Notes: generated by a model from the letters alone, not told the origin. A DNA stretch of 60,493 bases, filler included, from Hausera hauseri (GCA_046269625.1; 11 parts of 11 records of this genome joined end to end with filler, not necessarily neighbours in it); one strand, 5' to 3'; positions 39,081-50,203 are shown, numbered from the whole stretch's first letter. Numbers and translations: made by a program.

Positions 39081-39771
39081 CTTGTTACTTGCTGATATTT
39101 GCTAATACCTACACCCAAAAGAAGAGAAAACATACTTCACGAGTCTATACACGCCCTCGAACCTATTAACTTGGGATTATATTCGCAGTGTGTTTGGCCA
39201 CCCACTGTGTTGGCACCATTATGTCTAGACTTGTCAACGCTAAGTTAATTGGCTACAGGGAACTCTACACAGCGTTTCTGCATGTCAAGTTCTGACACCT
39301 GTCAAACTTGCCAAATACGCAAATGAGATTAGCAGTGAAAGATTCCTGTTACGGCGTATCAGGTTACAATGCCTGTCAATCAAACGTGTCAGGTAGGCAA
39401 AAACGTTGGTACGTAAAGAAAATGTATTTCAAAACAAGAGGAAATAAAGAAAAAGGGTGTATATATGCTGATGATGTCAAACACTCCATCAAGGACAAGT
39501 CTAAACATGTCACCCAATCTAGAACACAACATGTTTGGGAAATACTTGCTCTAGGTTTTTTCTATGCTCCACTTACAAAAACATTTTCCAAAGAGTTGTC
39601 TCCTCTTACCCGACTCGAACAATAAAGTTATTGCTCCAGCCTTCATTATCTCCCCTTACAATAAAAAATTACCCAAAAGTTGTCCCCCTTTACCTGACAC
39701 CACCTTGCTCCACTATTGCTCCATGATTTTTATATGCTTCCCATAAGCATGCATAAGAATGAAGAAGACGA

Positions 39772-39952
39772 CCTAAATTACCTCCAGCACCTTATGATGC
39801 CCAACCTTAACAGAAAATATGACCCTGCTTTGACACTAAAACACCCCCAGCGCCCTTATGATACCCAACTTTAACAAAAAAATGACCCTGCCTTGGCCCT
39901 AAATCACCCCCAGCGTCCATATGATACCCAACCTTAACAAAACATATGACCC
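39772..39952. repeat. ~62-bp tandem repeat (3 copies)
   Basis: ctaaa..cccccagcg.ccttatgatacccaaccttaacaaaa..tgaccc. Confidence 0.85.
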
Positions 39953-40196
39953 TTTCATGACCCAACAGGCTCATATCTTTTTAGTCTTTAGTCACTTCAA
40001 TCTCAGCTTCAGCTTCATTGCAAACGGGGTGCCCCATAATTGCAAAGCAACCTGCGCCAGTAGCAGTCACGCAGAAAATAGTTCACTATCCCACATGAAA
40101 TACACTGATATTCCAACCAGAAGTCTCGGGAAACCACCACATCAGAAAGCTGCACACAGCTCACGGCTATAAGGCGACTAACTGACGACAGCTTTT

Positions 40197-40692
40197 CAAA
40201 ACAACCAACTGACGATAACGGGGACACACATATTAACTATGCGACAATTACAGCTCGTGGTGTCACCAGGAGCACTCTCTCAGTCGCTCCGGCGGCAGAC
40301 CTGGCCTCCACAATGGAACACAGCAAAACTGACACAGTCGACACACAGGAAAAAGGCCACATCTCAAACTGACGTGACTGGTCCATCTGCCATGTTGGAA
40401 CCGGCTCATATAATCTTGCATAAGAAGATCCAACCCACCCGCTGATGATACCACCCTCACATACCTTTGTCAAGGGTTCCGGTTCAACATGGCGGAAGGA
40501 CCCGTCGCACCAGTTGAGCTGTGCAGTTGTAGCCATTTTCCTCTGTGTCGACCGTGTCAGTTTCGCTGTGTTCCAGTTTGGAGGCCTGGTCTGGCGCCAG
40601 AGCTACTGAGATAGTGCTCCTGGCGACGTTGCGAGCTGTGGTTGTCGCATGGATGATCCGCATGTCCCCGCTATCGACAATTGGTTGTTTTG
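40197..40692. mobile_element. Foldback/MITE-like long imperfect inverted repeat
   Basis: Arms 40197-40404 and 40479-40692 are alignable reverse complements throughout; 74-nt loop. Confidence 0.85.
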
Positions 40693-41505
40693 GTCCTCTT
40701 CCGTTGNNNNNNNNNNNNNNNNNNNNNNNNNNNNNNNNNNNNNNNNNNNNTTAATTAATTAANNNNNNNNNNNNNNNNNNNNNNNNNNNNNNNNNNNNNN
40801 NNNNNNAACTGATTAGAATGATTCTGATAATTATAAGAACAGTTTTGGTTGTAATAATTATTTGATTGGTATGGTTCAAAGTTTGATTGAGAATTTTCAG
40901 AAGGATCTTTGGTAGTGGCTAGAAATTGATCCATCATATTGGATTTCCGGACATCAACGGATCCAAAATATGACGGGAACGAATTACTAAAAACTGATAA
41001 TTCAAATGAGTTGCTTGATTAGACGAAACGGATGTTTCCGGATAATTGCTTTGGCCGTATGTTGACGATTGTATTGGGTGATTAATAGGTTGGAATAAAT
41101 TTGGATTTTTGACACTAATACAAAGGAGCATTTCCCTTGCTTCCTTTATTGGTCTTTTTGACGAGATTTGTTAAAGGATCTGCAGATAATGGAGGAGGAC
41201 TTGGAGATTTCTTACTGGTTGAAGGTGTGGAACAAATGGAATGATCTGATGATACAGATTCGGTGCAATTGCTAAGTCGGGATACCGACTGTAAAATTGA
41301 TGATGCTTGACTGGCAACGGTTGTTAATGATGGAGTCTTTGTGATGTTTGTGGCATCTACTGATGATGAAGATGTTTGTTTTGTTACTGAAGTCGGTCTG
41401 GGCTTTTTAATGGAATTATTAATACCAGATCGACTTTGGAGAACGTAATTTTTATCGTCTTCTGAAAGAGTTCATTTTTCTGATAAAATTTTAGATGGAG
41501 AAATT

Positions 41506-41613
41506 TTTGAGACGGAAGATCGGGCCCAACTATGGGCCCGACGCGGAGGCAACAGACGCCCGGTCGTGCCAAACCAAATGGGCCAAAGGGCACCGGCCGC
41601 TGTGGGCACCACA
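41506..41613 (-). repeat. GC-rich ~100-bp TGT-initiated dispersed repeat, copy B
   Basis: TGTGGTGCCCACAGCGGCCGGTGCCCTTTGGCCC...GGGCCCGATCTTCC; aligns with 43951-44054 and 58887-58983. Confidence 0.9.
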
Positions 41614-41849
41614 AAGATGTCGAGCAATGGACTTTGGACCAGGTGATTTCGATAGCCCATGATGAGGTGAGCAAAAGTTAATAGCGGTGCGGCTTACAAA
41701 AATGTAAGGGAGAGGTGCTAGAAGAGGAAGAAGTAAAACAGGAAATGCTCCACTTGTAACGCGAAACATGTTTATACTACTGAGAAAATGTGTACAAGGG
41801 GTAAATCGATATGGGCGATTGCAATAAACACTGTTGCAAGTCGGTCAGG

Positions 41850-42695
41850 CCATGGGAACATGGGGAAAATCGATGTGAAAATTTCTTACGGGTAAAATTT
41901 CCCCATATTCAAGTAGGCCGGTGATGGAAATTGGTCTAATAAATTGCTCATAAGCTGGGGAAAATTTTATATTACAGCCGCCTCACGATCAGACCAATGG
42001 ATCGGGGGTGAAAAATGCAATCAAACGAACGAACGAAAAAACGCATTGTAAAAAGTCAAAATCATTATCATCATCAACGTCAAAAAAAACGCAATGTTAA
42101 AGTCAAAGTCAGTGTAGTAAGTAGAAGTGTCCGCTCCATTCCCGATCCCAAAAGCGCTCAAATGGACGTAGGGCCTAGTATTCCCCACCTATCTCGCAAT
42201 TCTGAGCATTTCATGCTTTTTTGTCGGAGACCCCCCAGCCGGAAGCACATGTCACATGTCGCACATATCACCGATGGAAATCGGTAGAGCTCGATGAGTG
42301 GAGAAAAATTTTTTAGCTCGGCGAGAGTCGAAAATTTTACTGGGCGACGATAGAAGCAAAAGAAGCAAAAAAGGAAAAGTTTTATGACAAACGAGACATG
42401 AGTTACGAATTGCGCAATGTTTGGTGCAAATGTCAAACCGATGTCGGGGAATCGAATGCGCACATTTTTAACTCGGTCTGATCATGGGAACATGGAGAAA
42501 AATTGATGGGAAAATTTCGAACCGTAAAAATTTCTCATTGTTCAAGTCTGCTGGTTGTGGAAAAGGGTTGAGCACGCAACCCATCAGTAGATGAGAATTT
42601 CCTAAATCAGCCGCCTCACGATCAGACCAATAGATCGGGATGAAAAATGCAACGAAAATGAAAACGAACGAAAAACACATTGTTAAAAAATCAAA
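41850..42695 (+). repeat. Direct duplication of ~210 bp (about 41850-42060 and 42482-42695)
   Basis: catgggaacatgg..aaaat..gatg..aaaatttc and cagccgcctcacgatcagaccaat.gatcggg.tgaaaaatgcaa each occur twice. Confidence 0.8.
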
Positions 42696-42732
42696 ATCTC
42701 GTTTTGTTTTGTAAAAAAAGTCGTGTACGAAG

Positions 42733-42792
42733 AGGACGACGACGACAACGACGACAACGACGACGACAACGACGACGATAACGCCGATGACG
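42733..42792 (+). repeat. (GAC/AAC)n trinucleotide microsatellite
   Basis: gacgacgacgacaacgacgacaac... Confidence 0.85.
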
Positions 42793-42913
42793 AGCTCATG
42801 ATAGACTACTCACAACTCACAAGGAGAATGATTGTAATGAAAAGTCACCCATATCATATAGTTTCTCAAGATTTGTTCAAAAAAAACAACAGCAATATAA
42901 TAATACATATATT

Positions 42914-43300
42914 TCACAAAAGTGATTGTAATATAAGCCACAATAAGTAGTAATATCCACACAGTATAGTCATTGGATGTTGATAATGAACTCGATTATA
43001 TTCAACACGGTATGATGATGATGATGATTGCCATTCAATTTGAGAAACTAACGATGACGGATAATAAAATCCGAGCGAATCGAATAGCCTGTTGACGTTG
43101 ATCGCATGGACGTACACAGCAATCCAATGTTCGCCTGGCAACAATGAAGTTTGTGTACTGCCAATAAAGCCGGCAGTTTCTCGCATATCACGCAGCACAC
43201 AGTCCACTGGAAACATGCCACGATATTTCTCACACAAGAGCAATTTTCCGTAGTAATTGAGCTCAGTGAAGCTAAATGTAAAAGAATGTGATTTAAGCAT
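42914..43300 (-). CDS. Adenain-like (clan CE) cysteine protease of a Polinton/adintovirus
   Basis: YRGMFPVD, PGEHWIAVY, FDSLG, YQHPMTILCGYY (His-Asp-Gln/Cys arrangement); adjacent to the capsid gene. Confidence 0.85.
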   Translation of the reverse strand: MLKSHSFTFSFTELNYYGKLLLCEKYRGMFPVDCVLRDMRETAGFIGSTQTSLLPGEHWIAVYVHAINVNRLFDSLGFYYPSSLVSQIEWQSSSSSYRVEYNRVHYQHPMTILCGYYYLLWLILQSLL

Positions 43301-43369
43301 AATTGTAATCAAATAAATTATTTCATAGTACGACGACGACCATGAAGAAGAGGTGCAGATTTTATATAT

Positions 43370-43950
43370 TTGTACAATAACGGTTCCGTTGTTTGTTATT
43401 TCAACCTCGGCATCAAGTACACCATAAATGTACATCACGTTAGATTGCTCCAACGCTTTAACAAAGTGAACCTCCGGTCGCAGGTTTCCATGCTGAGGTA
43501 GTTGCGTCTGTTCAACCTCATAATCTGGAGCCAGAACAATGGTAAAGAATGGATAGGTAGACTTGAATAAATCTATCGATATGCCATTGTTGACATTTTT
43601 ATTCAACAAACATAATCGCCGGTCTCGAAATCCTGCTTGCATGTCTCAACGAAATCCGCGTTCTTGCCCAAACTGATTTAATTTACATCGCTATGGGCAA
43701 ACGTTTCCCAATCGGTGGTATAACTGCCCGTTTGTTAAACAGTCGTTTGAAATGCAACGAGCACAAATTTCGGCAATCGCATGTCGCCAAACAGTGCGTA
43801 CTTGTAAAACGTTGTCGAACCTTTTTGTATAATGTAAAGGACGAGTTCTGTGCGTTGTATCGGGTAACAGGGATTTTGTGTTTCCAAGCCCAATCGATAT
43901 CCCATGAGCTCAGATGGTTCTACCTTTACACGACGTACGTATAATCGTGC
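43370..43950 (-). pseudogene. Polinton/adintovirus double-jelly-roll major capsid protein, C-terminal part, frameshifted and cut at 43950
   Basis: ARLYVRRVKVEPS..YPIQRTE..LFGDMRLPKFVLVAF and GNLRPEVHFVKAL..YIYGVLDAEVEI. Confidence 0.8.
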
Positions 43951-44054
43951 TGTGGTGCTCACGTCGACTGTAGCCCTATGGCCCATTCGGTTGGGCAAGG
44001 CCGGGCGTCCGCTGCCGGCGCGTCGGACACATAGGCAGGCTCCGATCTCCTGCC
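43951..44054 (+). repeat. GC-rich TGT-initiated dispersed repeat, copy C
   Basis: TGTGGTGCTCACG...GGCCCATTCGGTTGGGC...CGCGTCGG...CCGATCTCC; truncates the MCP reading frame at its TGT end. Confidence 0.85.
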
Positions 44055-44330
44055 AAGATTGTGTGGAAGAAATGATCAATGTGGCTACTTTTGCCGAACT
44101 TGTACATGTTAACAGATAAATTACAGAATTTACAAAACTATTTGTAAAATTTTAGAATTTTTTGTAAATTACTTTTTTCCCAACGATTATCACAGATATT
44201 TAGCTTTCGGACATTCAGCAAGATAACATGAACTTTAAACAATCTGAAATTAATTTTTCAAAGTCTAGTAGAAAATGACAGGAATGATAACACTAATGGA
44301 ATTCCGAAGTTTATTATTCGACAAAAAATA

Positions 44331-44705
44331 ATGCCAGACGATGATACTCAGTCTAATGCAACAAAAGTGCGCAAAGTTATTGACGATGAACATCAGACAA
44401 TTCAAAACATTAATCCTAACAAACCACATGAAAACTTGCTTAAATTGTCAAACTCCAAAGTTTCAAATATTATTCAGAAAGCAAAATACTTGAATTCAGA
44501 AGCAGTGGCACATTTTCTTTCAAATATTGAACCAAACAAAAATAAATGTTTTACGGACATTTTTGCCCCTACATCAGCTTTGCATTTTAATTGCCAAACG
44601 GAAGTTAAAAGATTTAAAGACTGGCTTGAAAACTGGAAAAATATTCTTTCAAATAAACAATCCACAGTTTGGCAAGATTTTCACAATACCAATAAATGCC
44701 AATAA
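44331..44705 (+). pseudogene. Host gene fragment resembling the ATAD5/ELG1-type RFC-like subunit region before the ATPase domain
   Basis: FTDIFAPTSALHFNCQTEVKRFKDWLENWK resembles WTEKYQP..LHSWLKDWK; no Walker A follows. Confidence 0.45.
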
Positions 44706-45166
44706 ATGTTAATGTGCAAAATCAGTACTTAACAAAGCAACAATTTCAACAAAACCTTATAACTCGAAATCGTACACGCACTTTCGTTGATTATTTGAAC
44801 GTACGGTGAAACTGAACGCATCGACTAAAATGAACATAGTAAAATTAAATATTTGCGAATGTAGAAATGCGAAAGTTACAATGTAGCCGCCTTTCCCGCA
44901 GTCGTTTTATTGCTATATTAAAAAAATTGATACGACCTATTTTTCCAATTGCTGGAAATCAGATGTATATTGGCAACAATGAACAGAACAAAATTTTGAC
45001 ATGTTGATATTTGTCCTTTTTGGATCCTTTTCAAAATGGTCTCCACCTTGTCTTTTAACTCAATTTNNNNNNNNNNNNNNNNNNNNNNNNNNNNNNNNNN
45101 NNNNNNNNNNTTAATTAATTAANNNNNNNNNNNNNNNNNNNNNNNNNNNNNNNNNNNNNNNNNNNN

Positions 45167-45985
45167 CCCCGTCTTCCGATTTTTCTTTGCAATTGTGTTG
45201 TCATAAATGTACTATCGAAACTCAGTGGAACATATTCAGTTTATTCCCGTCTTCAGATTTTTGTTTCCTTGTGTTTTGTCATAAATGTACTACCGAAACT
45301 CAGTAGAACATATTCAGCTTACCCCCGTCTTCACATTTCTGTTTGCAAGTGTGTTGTCATAAATGTACTACCGAAACTCAGTGGAACTTATTCAGTTTAT
45401 CCCCGCCTTCACATTTTTGTTTGCAAGTGTGTTGTCATAAATGTAGTATCGAAACTAACGGAACATATTCAGCTTACCCCCGTCTTCTGATTTTTGTTTG
45501 CTAGTGTGTTGTCATAAATGTAGTATCGAAACTCCAGAAAACATAATTAATTTACATACGTCTTCAGATTTTTGTTTGAAAGTGTGTTGTCATAAATGTA
45601 CTATCAAAACTCTATAGAACATATTCAGCTTAACCGCGTCTTCACATTTTTGTTTGCAAGTGTGTTGTCATAAATGTACTATCAAAACTCAATGGAATAT
45701 AATCAGTTTACCCCCGTCTTCAGATTTTTGTTTGAAAGTGTGCTGTCATAAATGTACTATCAAAACTCTATGGAACATATTCAGCTTAACCGCGTCTTTA
45801 CATTTTTGTTTGCAAGTGTGTTGTCATAAATGTACTATCAAAACTCAATGGAACATATTCAGTTCACCCCCGTCTTCAGATTTTTGTTTGCTAGTGTGTT
45901 GTCATAAATGTAGTATCGAAACTCAATGGCACACATTAACTGTATCCCTCATACTCTAATTTTCGTTTGCTAGTTTGTTGTCGTA
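45167..45985. repeat. Satellite, 78-bp monomer, about 10 copies, running off the contig end
   Basis: cccgtctt recurs at 45168, 45246, 45324 and onward; core gtgtgttgtcataaatgtactatcgaaactc. Confidence 0.95.
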
Positions 45986-46313
45986 TCGATGTGTCATATC
46001 GAAACTAAAAATATTCAACTTGTACGCGAAGGTTATCGTCATCATTCACGTGCAAATGAAATTTCATTAGCTACCGCAAATTACTTCGGAATGGTTTATT
46101 TCTACAGAAAATTAATGGCAACATACGAACGAATCTAAAATATAAACAAATGGCTTATTTTTGAACGAGGGATAATGAACAAGTGCCCTAATTTTCTGAC
46201 TGATAATGCGCAGTATTTTAAAAGTGCCGCACAATCAATATAATTACCCATACAAAGATTTGAAAAGTACAACGTGTGAATAACAATTATTCAAACTTTA
46301 TTTTACACAAACA

Positions 46314-47237
46314 TTAATCGAAAACTCCATTTTTCTTATAAATATCAAACAACGGAGTTTTCTCATTGACAACAATATCCATTGTCGCCTTGTCGTAGAA
46401 CAAATCATCCAACTCGATGTTACGAATGACAGTCGTCAGAAGATGTGCCCGATCAACGAGACCAGTCGGATATTCATTATGAATATGCGTAACGTGGACA
46501 TGGAGATGGTAGAATGTCGGCGGATAATGAATGTACAAACGCAACTGAGACTCCGGGATTTTATATTGTTTATTAACAACTGATTTGCATTGTTTCATCA
46601 TTTCTCTCAACAACGGTAAATGAGTCTGCCGTAAATCCCTTAACGACTGCAAGGCCGAATCATTGGCAATTGCCAAACAATGCAAATCGTCAACGTGCTC
46701 ACCGGCCCATCGAAAATCCAAGGCAAGGACGAATTCCATTTTGACAAAATCACTACGGTATAAAACCCGATCTTGTTCAGCGTGTCCGCTGAGCAAATTA
46801 TTCACCCAGTCGGTGGACAATTGATGTTCACGAACAAATGGCATCGTGTACTTAGTGTATATTAATGGCGTTTCAGACACAAAATGCAGGATCGGTTTAG
46901 AATATTTATTGATATGTTTTTCAAGTGCTGGCTGTACAACGTTTAGTTTTATTGAATTCAACGAGTCCAATCCGTTAATAACATACATACCATAAATATC
47001 GTTCTCAATTACGTTTTTTCCGGCTATATCATCTTCCAGGAAACTTTTAATAATATCATCTAAATTATCAGGAAACGGTTCTTTTTCAAAAACAAATATG
47101 GCCGTTTCATCATCAAATTGACTTGTCAAAGATAAAACTTTACTTTTGGAATTGGCATTTAAAATCTTTTCAACTTTAAATCTTTTCAAATCTGGAATGT
47201 CGTAACGCTTTCGTTTGATTTTCACGCTGTCATTCAT
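46314..47237 (-). CDS. DCPS: m7GpppX diphosphatase (scavenger decapping enzyme), intronless, 307 aa from the ATG at 47237
   Basis: NDIYG.Y, KLNVVQPALEKHINKYS, ETP..Y, WVNNLL...AEQDRVLY, SLRDL...HLPLL, HIT motif YIHYPPTFYHLHVH, RAHLL..VI.NI. Confidence 0.95.
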   Translation of the reverse strand: MNDSVKIKRKRYDIPDLKRFKVEKILNANSKSKVLSLTSQFDDETAIFVFEKEPFPDNLDDIIKSFLEDDIAGKNVIENDIYGMYVINGLDSLNSIKLNVVQPALEKHINKYSKPILHFVSETPLIYTKYTMPFVREHQLSTDWVNNLLSGHAEQDRVLYRSDFVKMEFVLALDFRWAGEHVDDLHCLAIANDSALQSLRDLRQTHLPLLREMMKQCKSVVNKQYKIPESQLRLYIHYPPTFYHLHVHVTHIHNEYPTGLVDRAHLLTTVIRNIELDDLFYDKATMDIVVNEKTPLFDIYKKNGVFD

Positions 47238-47490
47238 CTTCGCTAAAATTGATTGATAAAATGTCGGATGAACGAACAAGACAATTTTTCACTACTCCAA
47301 TGGGTGTCGTCAAATTTTTAAAAGCAATAGAATCAAATTCAATGTTTGATGTTATCAAAATACACTCGCTTTGGAATTTATTAATAAAATTGATTGTTAC
47401 TTTCGCGTCGTTTAAAAACTGAATCGTTCTGATAAATCGTTGCCTAAGGAAAGTAGCCAAAACCTCCTTGCTCAAATCAGACAGTTGCAT
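47230..47490 (-). CDS. GEMIN7: Gem-associated protein 7-like (Sm-like fold, SMN complex), 86 aa
   Basis: FLRQRFIRTI...NLTTPIGVVKNCLVRSSDILSINF parallels Gemin7 ALRERYLRSL...QLQTPIGVQAEALLRCSDIISYTF with matching spacing. Confidence 0.75.
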   Translation of the reverse strand: MQLSDLSKEVLATFLRQRFIRTIQFLNDAKVTINFINKFQSECILITSNIEFDSIAFKNLTTPIGVVKNCLVRSSDILSINFSEDE

Positions 47491-48292
47491 GCAATTACTA
47501 AAAGAACTAAAATCTGGTTCGGAATCAGGTAAAATAAAATTATCATTATTTGAATATGGAAGAGAGGAAAAAGGGTCTGTTCTATATAATGAATCAATGG
47601 CAACATTGAGATGCGGTCCACTTCTTGTTTCTGGAAGAGAATATCTGGGCCGATTATTATCCGCCCCAACACCTGAGAAAGAATCACTTTCACCGACAGT
47701 GAAAAGACTGTTTGTATTATTATCATATATTGACGGTTCTGAACGTGTCTTTGTCTCTTTTTTGATTCCTCAAGAATTCGATCAACAACTTCATGAGCCA
47801 AACTTTCTTCTAACTTTTCTATATCTGGCCATATCCAATCATGCGACTTCATTTGTTCTGATATGATGAATTCTTTATTTCCACCAACATTATTATGCTT
47901 TACACTTATCTGATCTTCATGGTTATTGTTAATTTTTGTATAATCATTTTCTCCAGAACTATCATTGCCGTTTACTATATTCCTGCTGCTTGATGAGAGA
48001 AATGCCGCGGTTGACTGGACTTGATAATTGGAATACGGTGCTTCTTCCGCACGAACTTTCCCAACTGGTACATAGCGACATGGGCAGTGAGTTGTTTTGC
48101 GTTCAAAACCCTCTGATTAGCTTCTTGGACATCTGTTAAATTACTGGTCTGGTAAACAAGAATTTCGAAGTCAGCCATCGAATTTTTTGGTTTTCCAACT
48201 TCTTTCGGCGGACTTCTGATTTCGGTTCCAGTATCGCGCTGAATAGTCGTAATAATGGATCCTTGCGTACCGATAATTCGCCCAACTATAAT
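47491..48292 (-). pseudogene. KH-domain exon (MEX3-like second KH) plus disordered tail, with two frameshifts
   Basis: Acceptor ctttttag at 48293-48300, then IIVGRIIGTQGSIITTIQRDTGTEIRSPPKE..FEI..LTAHVAM (GxxG KH loop); frame changes near 48000 and at an A6 run near 47760. Confidence 0.55.
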
Positions 48293-49573
48293 CTAAAAAG
48301 AGATTACATTTAATAAATTTTTCTAATATAAGTTGTTTTAAAGTCTAACAAGCATGTTCCTAGGATATTTAAAATATTCACGATCTGTATTGACATTATG
48401 TATTATAATACACAAATTTCGTATTCTGAATATGGTTTTAATAAATTATAAATAAACTCAACAAAGTATAACTCATGTTAGCAGAAGAATCGTCAAAGAA
48501 GCATCTTAAATGGTATACTGGAAAATTTTGACCCGATTACTTATTACCACGTTTAATGCTTCACCACGCATGTAATCCTTGAATTTTACATTAAAGATAA
48601 TTAGGATAAATTTTGACATAATTTGGCTAGTACATCGACGACCGGTATAGAGATAAGAACTATAGCGTTATCATATTTGAAGTTTGACATGAGTTTTTGT
48701 AAAAAATCAACACAGTCTTAACCTTTCAGCATCGGATTCAGAGGAATGAGTTTACGCTTAGTGATCGTCATAAATTAATACCTTGTTCAATATTATTTCA
48801 ACAATGTATTTGATCCCTGATCTGAATATCCAAAAACACTTAGATTTGTTGTAATCGGACCTACCGCACTGCTAAAATAATATTGCGCAATTCTAAATAA
48901 TGTTAAAATAACGAAGATAATGAAATACTTTTATATTCAAAATCATTTAAAAACTAAAATGAGATATGTTCATAAATATACAACATTTTGATATAAAATC
49001 AAAATTCTATACTGCATGGAAGTTAATTTTAAAATCAAAATTTCCAAAATTTTCAGACACTTAATTCCCATTAATACAGTAGAAAAAAGTCTTGGTCGTC
49101 AAGATTTCTTAAATATTGGACACTCGAAATTAATGTGTAATTTTGTTAAAAATAACTATATATATTATTATGTGAATGCATAATTATCCTGTTTTTATTT
49201 AAGAAAATTTAAATAAAAACGCTGGATAATTATGCATCCACCTAATAAATATATTAGACAATTTTAGAAATAACTATAAAGTTTAAGTNNNNNNNNNNNN
49301 NNNNNNNNNNNNNNNNNNNNNNNNNNNNNNNNTTAATTAATTAANNNNNNNNNNNNNNNNNNNNNNNNNNNNNNNNNNNNNNNNNNNNCTGACTGAAGTG
49401 CTGAAACGAAAGAGAAAGTTCAAGATTTGCGAATAGAATTGAATGAGGCTGTCATATCTCAATGGATAAAGAACAAATTGCGACTCAAATTGGATAAGAT
49501 CTGGCGCAATGCTGATAATAATGCAAAATCACAGAAAATTACTCATCTAGCAGTAGTAATGGCATATTCATAA

Positions 49574-50068
49574 TTGAAAATTATTCTGATGAGTGCCACT
49601 ACTGATATCGAAATGTTCAAAAACTTCTTTCCTTCAGTTTTCGTTCTTGAAATTGAAGATCGAAAACATCCTGTCAGCTATTATTTCCTCCAGGATGCTA
49701 TTGAAATGTTGAATTATCAGCCCCATGATTCAGCGAAAAAGAAAAAATCGAAAAATGACGACGGAGATCAGGAAAGTACGGTTCCAGATACTGTTGAGCT
49801 CGATGTAGATTGCAAATTCCCCAATAAAAATTCATCCTCGGCTATCGAAGGAATTGAGCGTTTCTGTTCCAGTGCATCCGATAGAGCACTGAGTAATTCA
49901 TATAAAGGTAATCCAACTATTGTTGCAATACATATTAAGTGCTATATGAATTTTTTGATCAAATTTGACCATAAAAACTATTCTGTTCATTCCCCGCTGT
50001 TGAAATCATTCGTAACCATGCCCAGCGAAGCCCAGAAACTTGCCTTTAGAAGTGCAGACTACGATGAA
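49574..50068 (+). pseudogene. DHX9 (RNA helicase A)-like fragment with internal deletions
   Basis: LKIILMSAT (motif III)..HPVSYYFLQDAIEMLNYQP..KKKKSKNDDGD parallels DHX9 LMSAT..YPVQEYFLEDCIQM..KKKKDKDDDG; later MPSEAQKLAF. Confidence 0.7.
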
Positions 50069-50203
50069 CAGCCAAAGGGGTCATCGGTCACCCCGAAATT
50101 TAGTACCCGCCGCGGCGAGGCTGAGGTCCCGGCCGCCCACCCTGCACCAGTGGGTCGGACGGCGCCTTTCGTTTCAGCCCCGCAAAACGCTCCCGGGCAC
50201 ACA
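50069..50203 (-). repeat. GC-rich TGT-initiated block between the DHX9 fragment and the Gypsy element
   Basis: Minus strand reads TGTGTGCCCGGGAGCG...CCCCTTTGGCTG and is preceded by the purine run GGAAAGGGGAGAAGA. Confidence 0.5.

Noticed and set aside
40442-40500. CTGATGA in the foldback loop as a hammerhead ribozyme core
   Set aside because: No stem II followed by GAAA, and no cleavage triplet geometry.
46314-47279. ORF-track start of DCPS at TTG 47279
   Set aside because: In a eukaryote the ATG at 47237 is the plausible start; the extension lies within GEMIN7.
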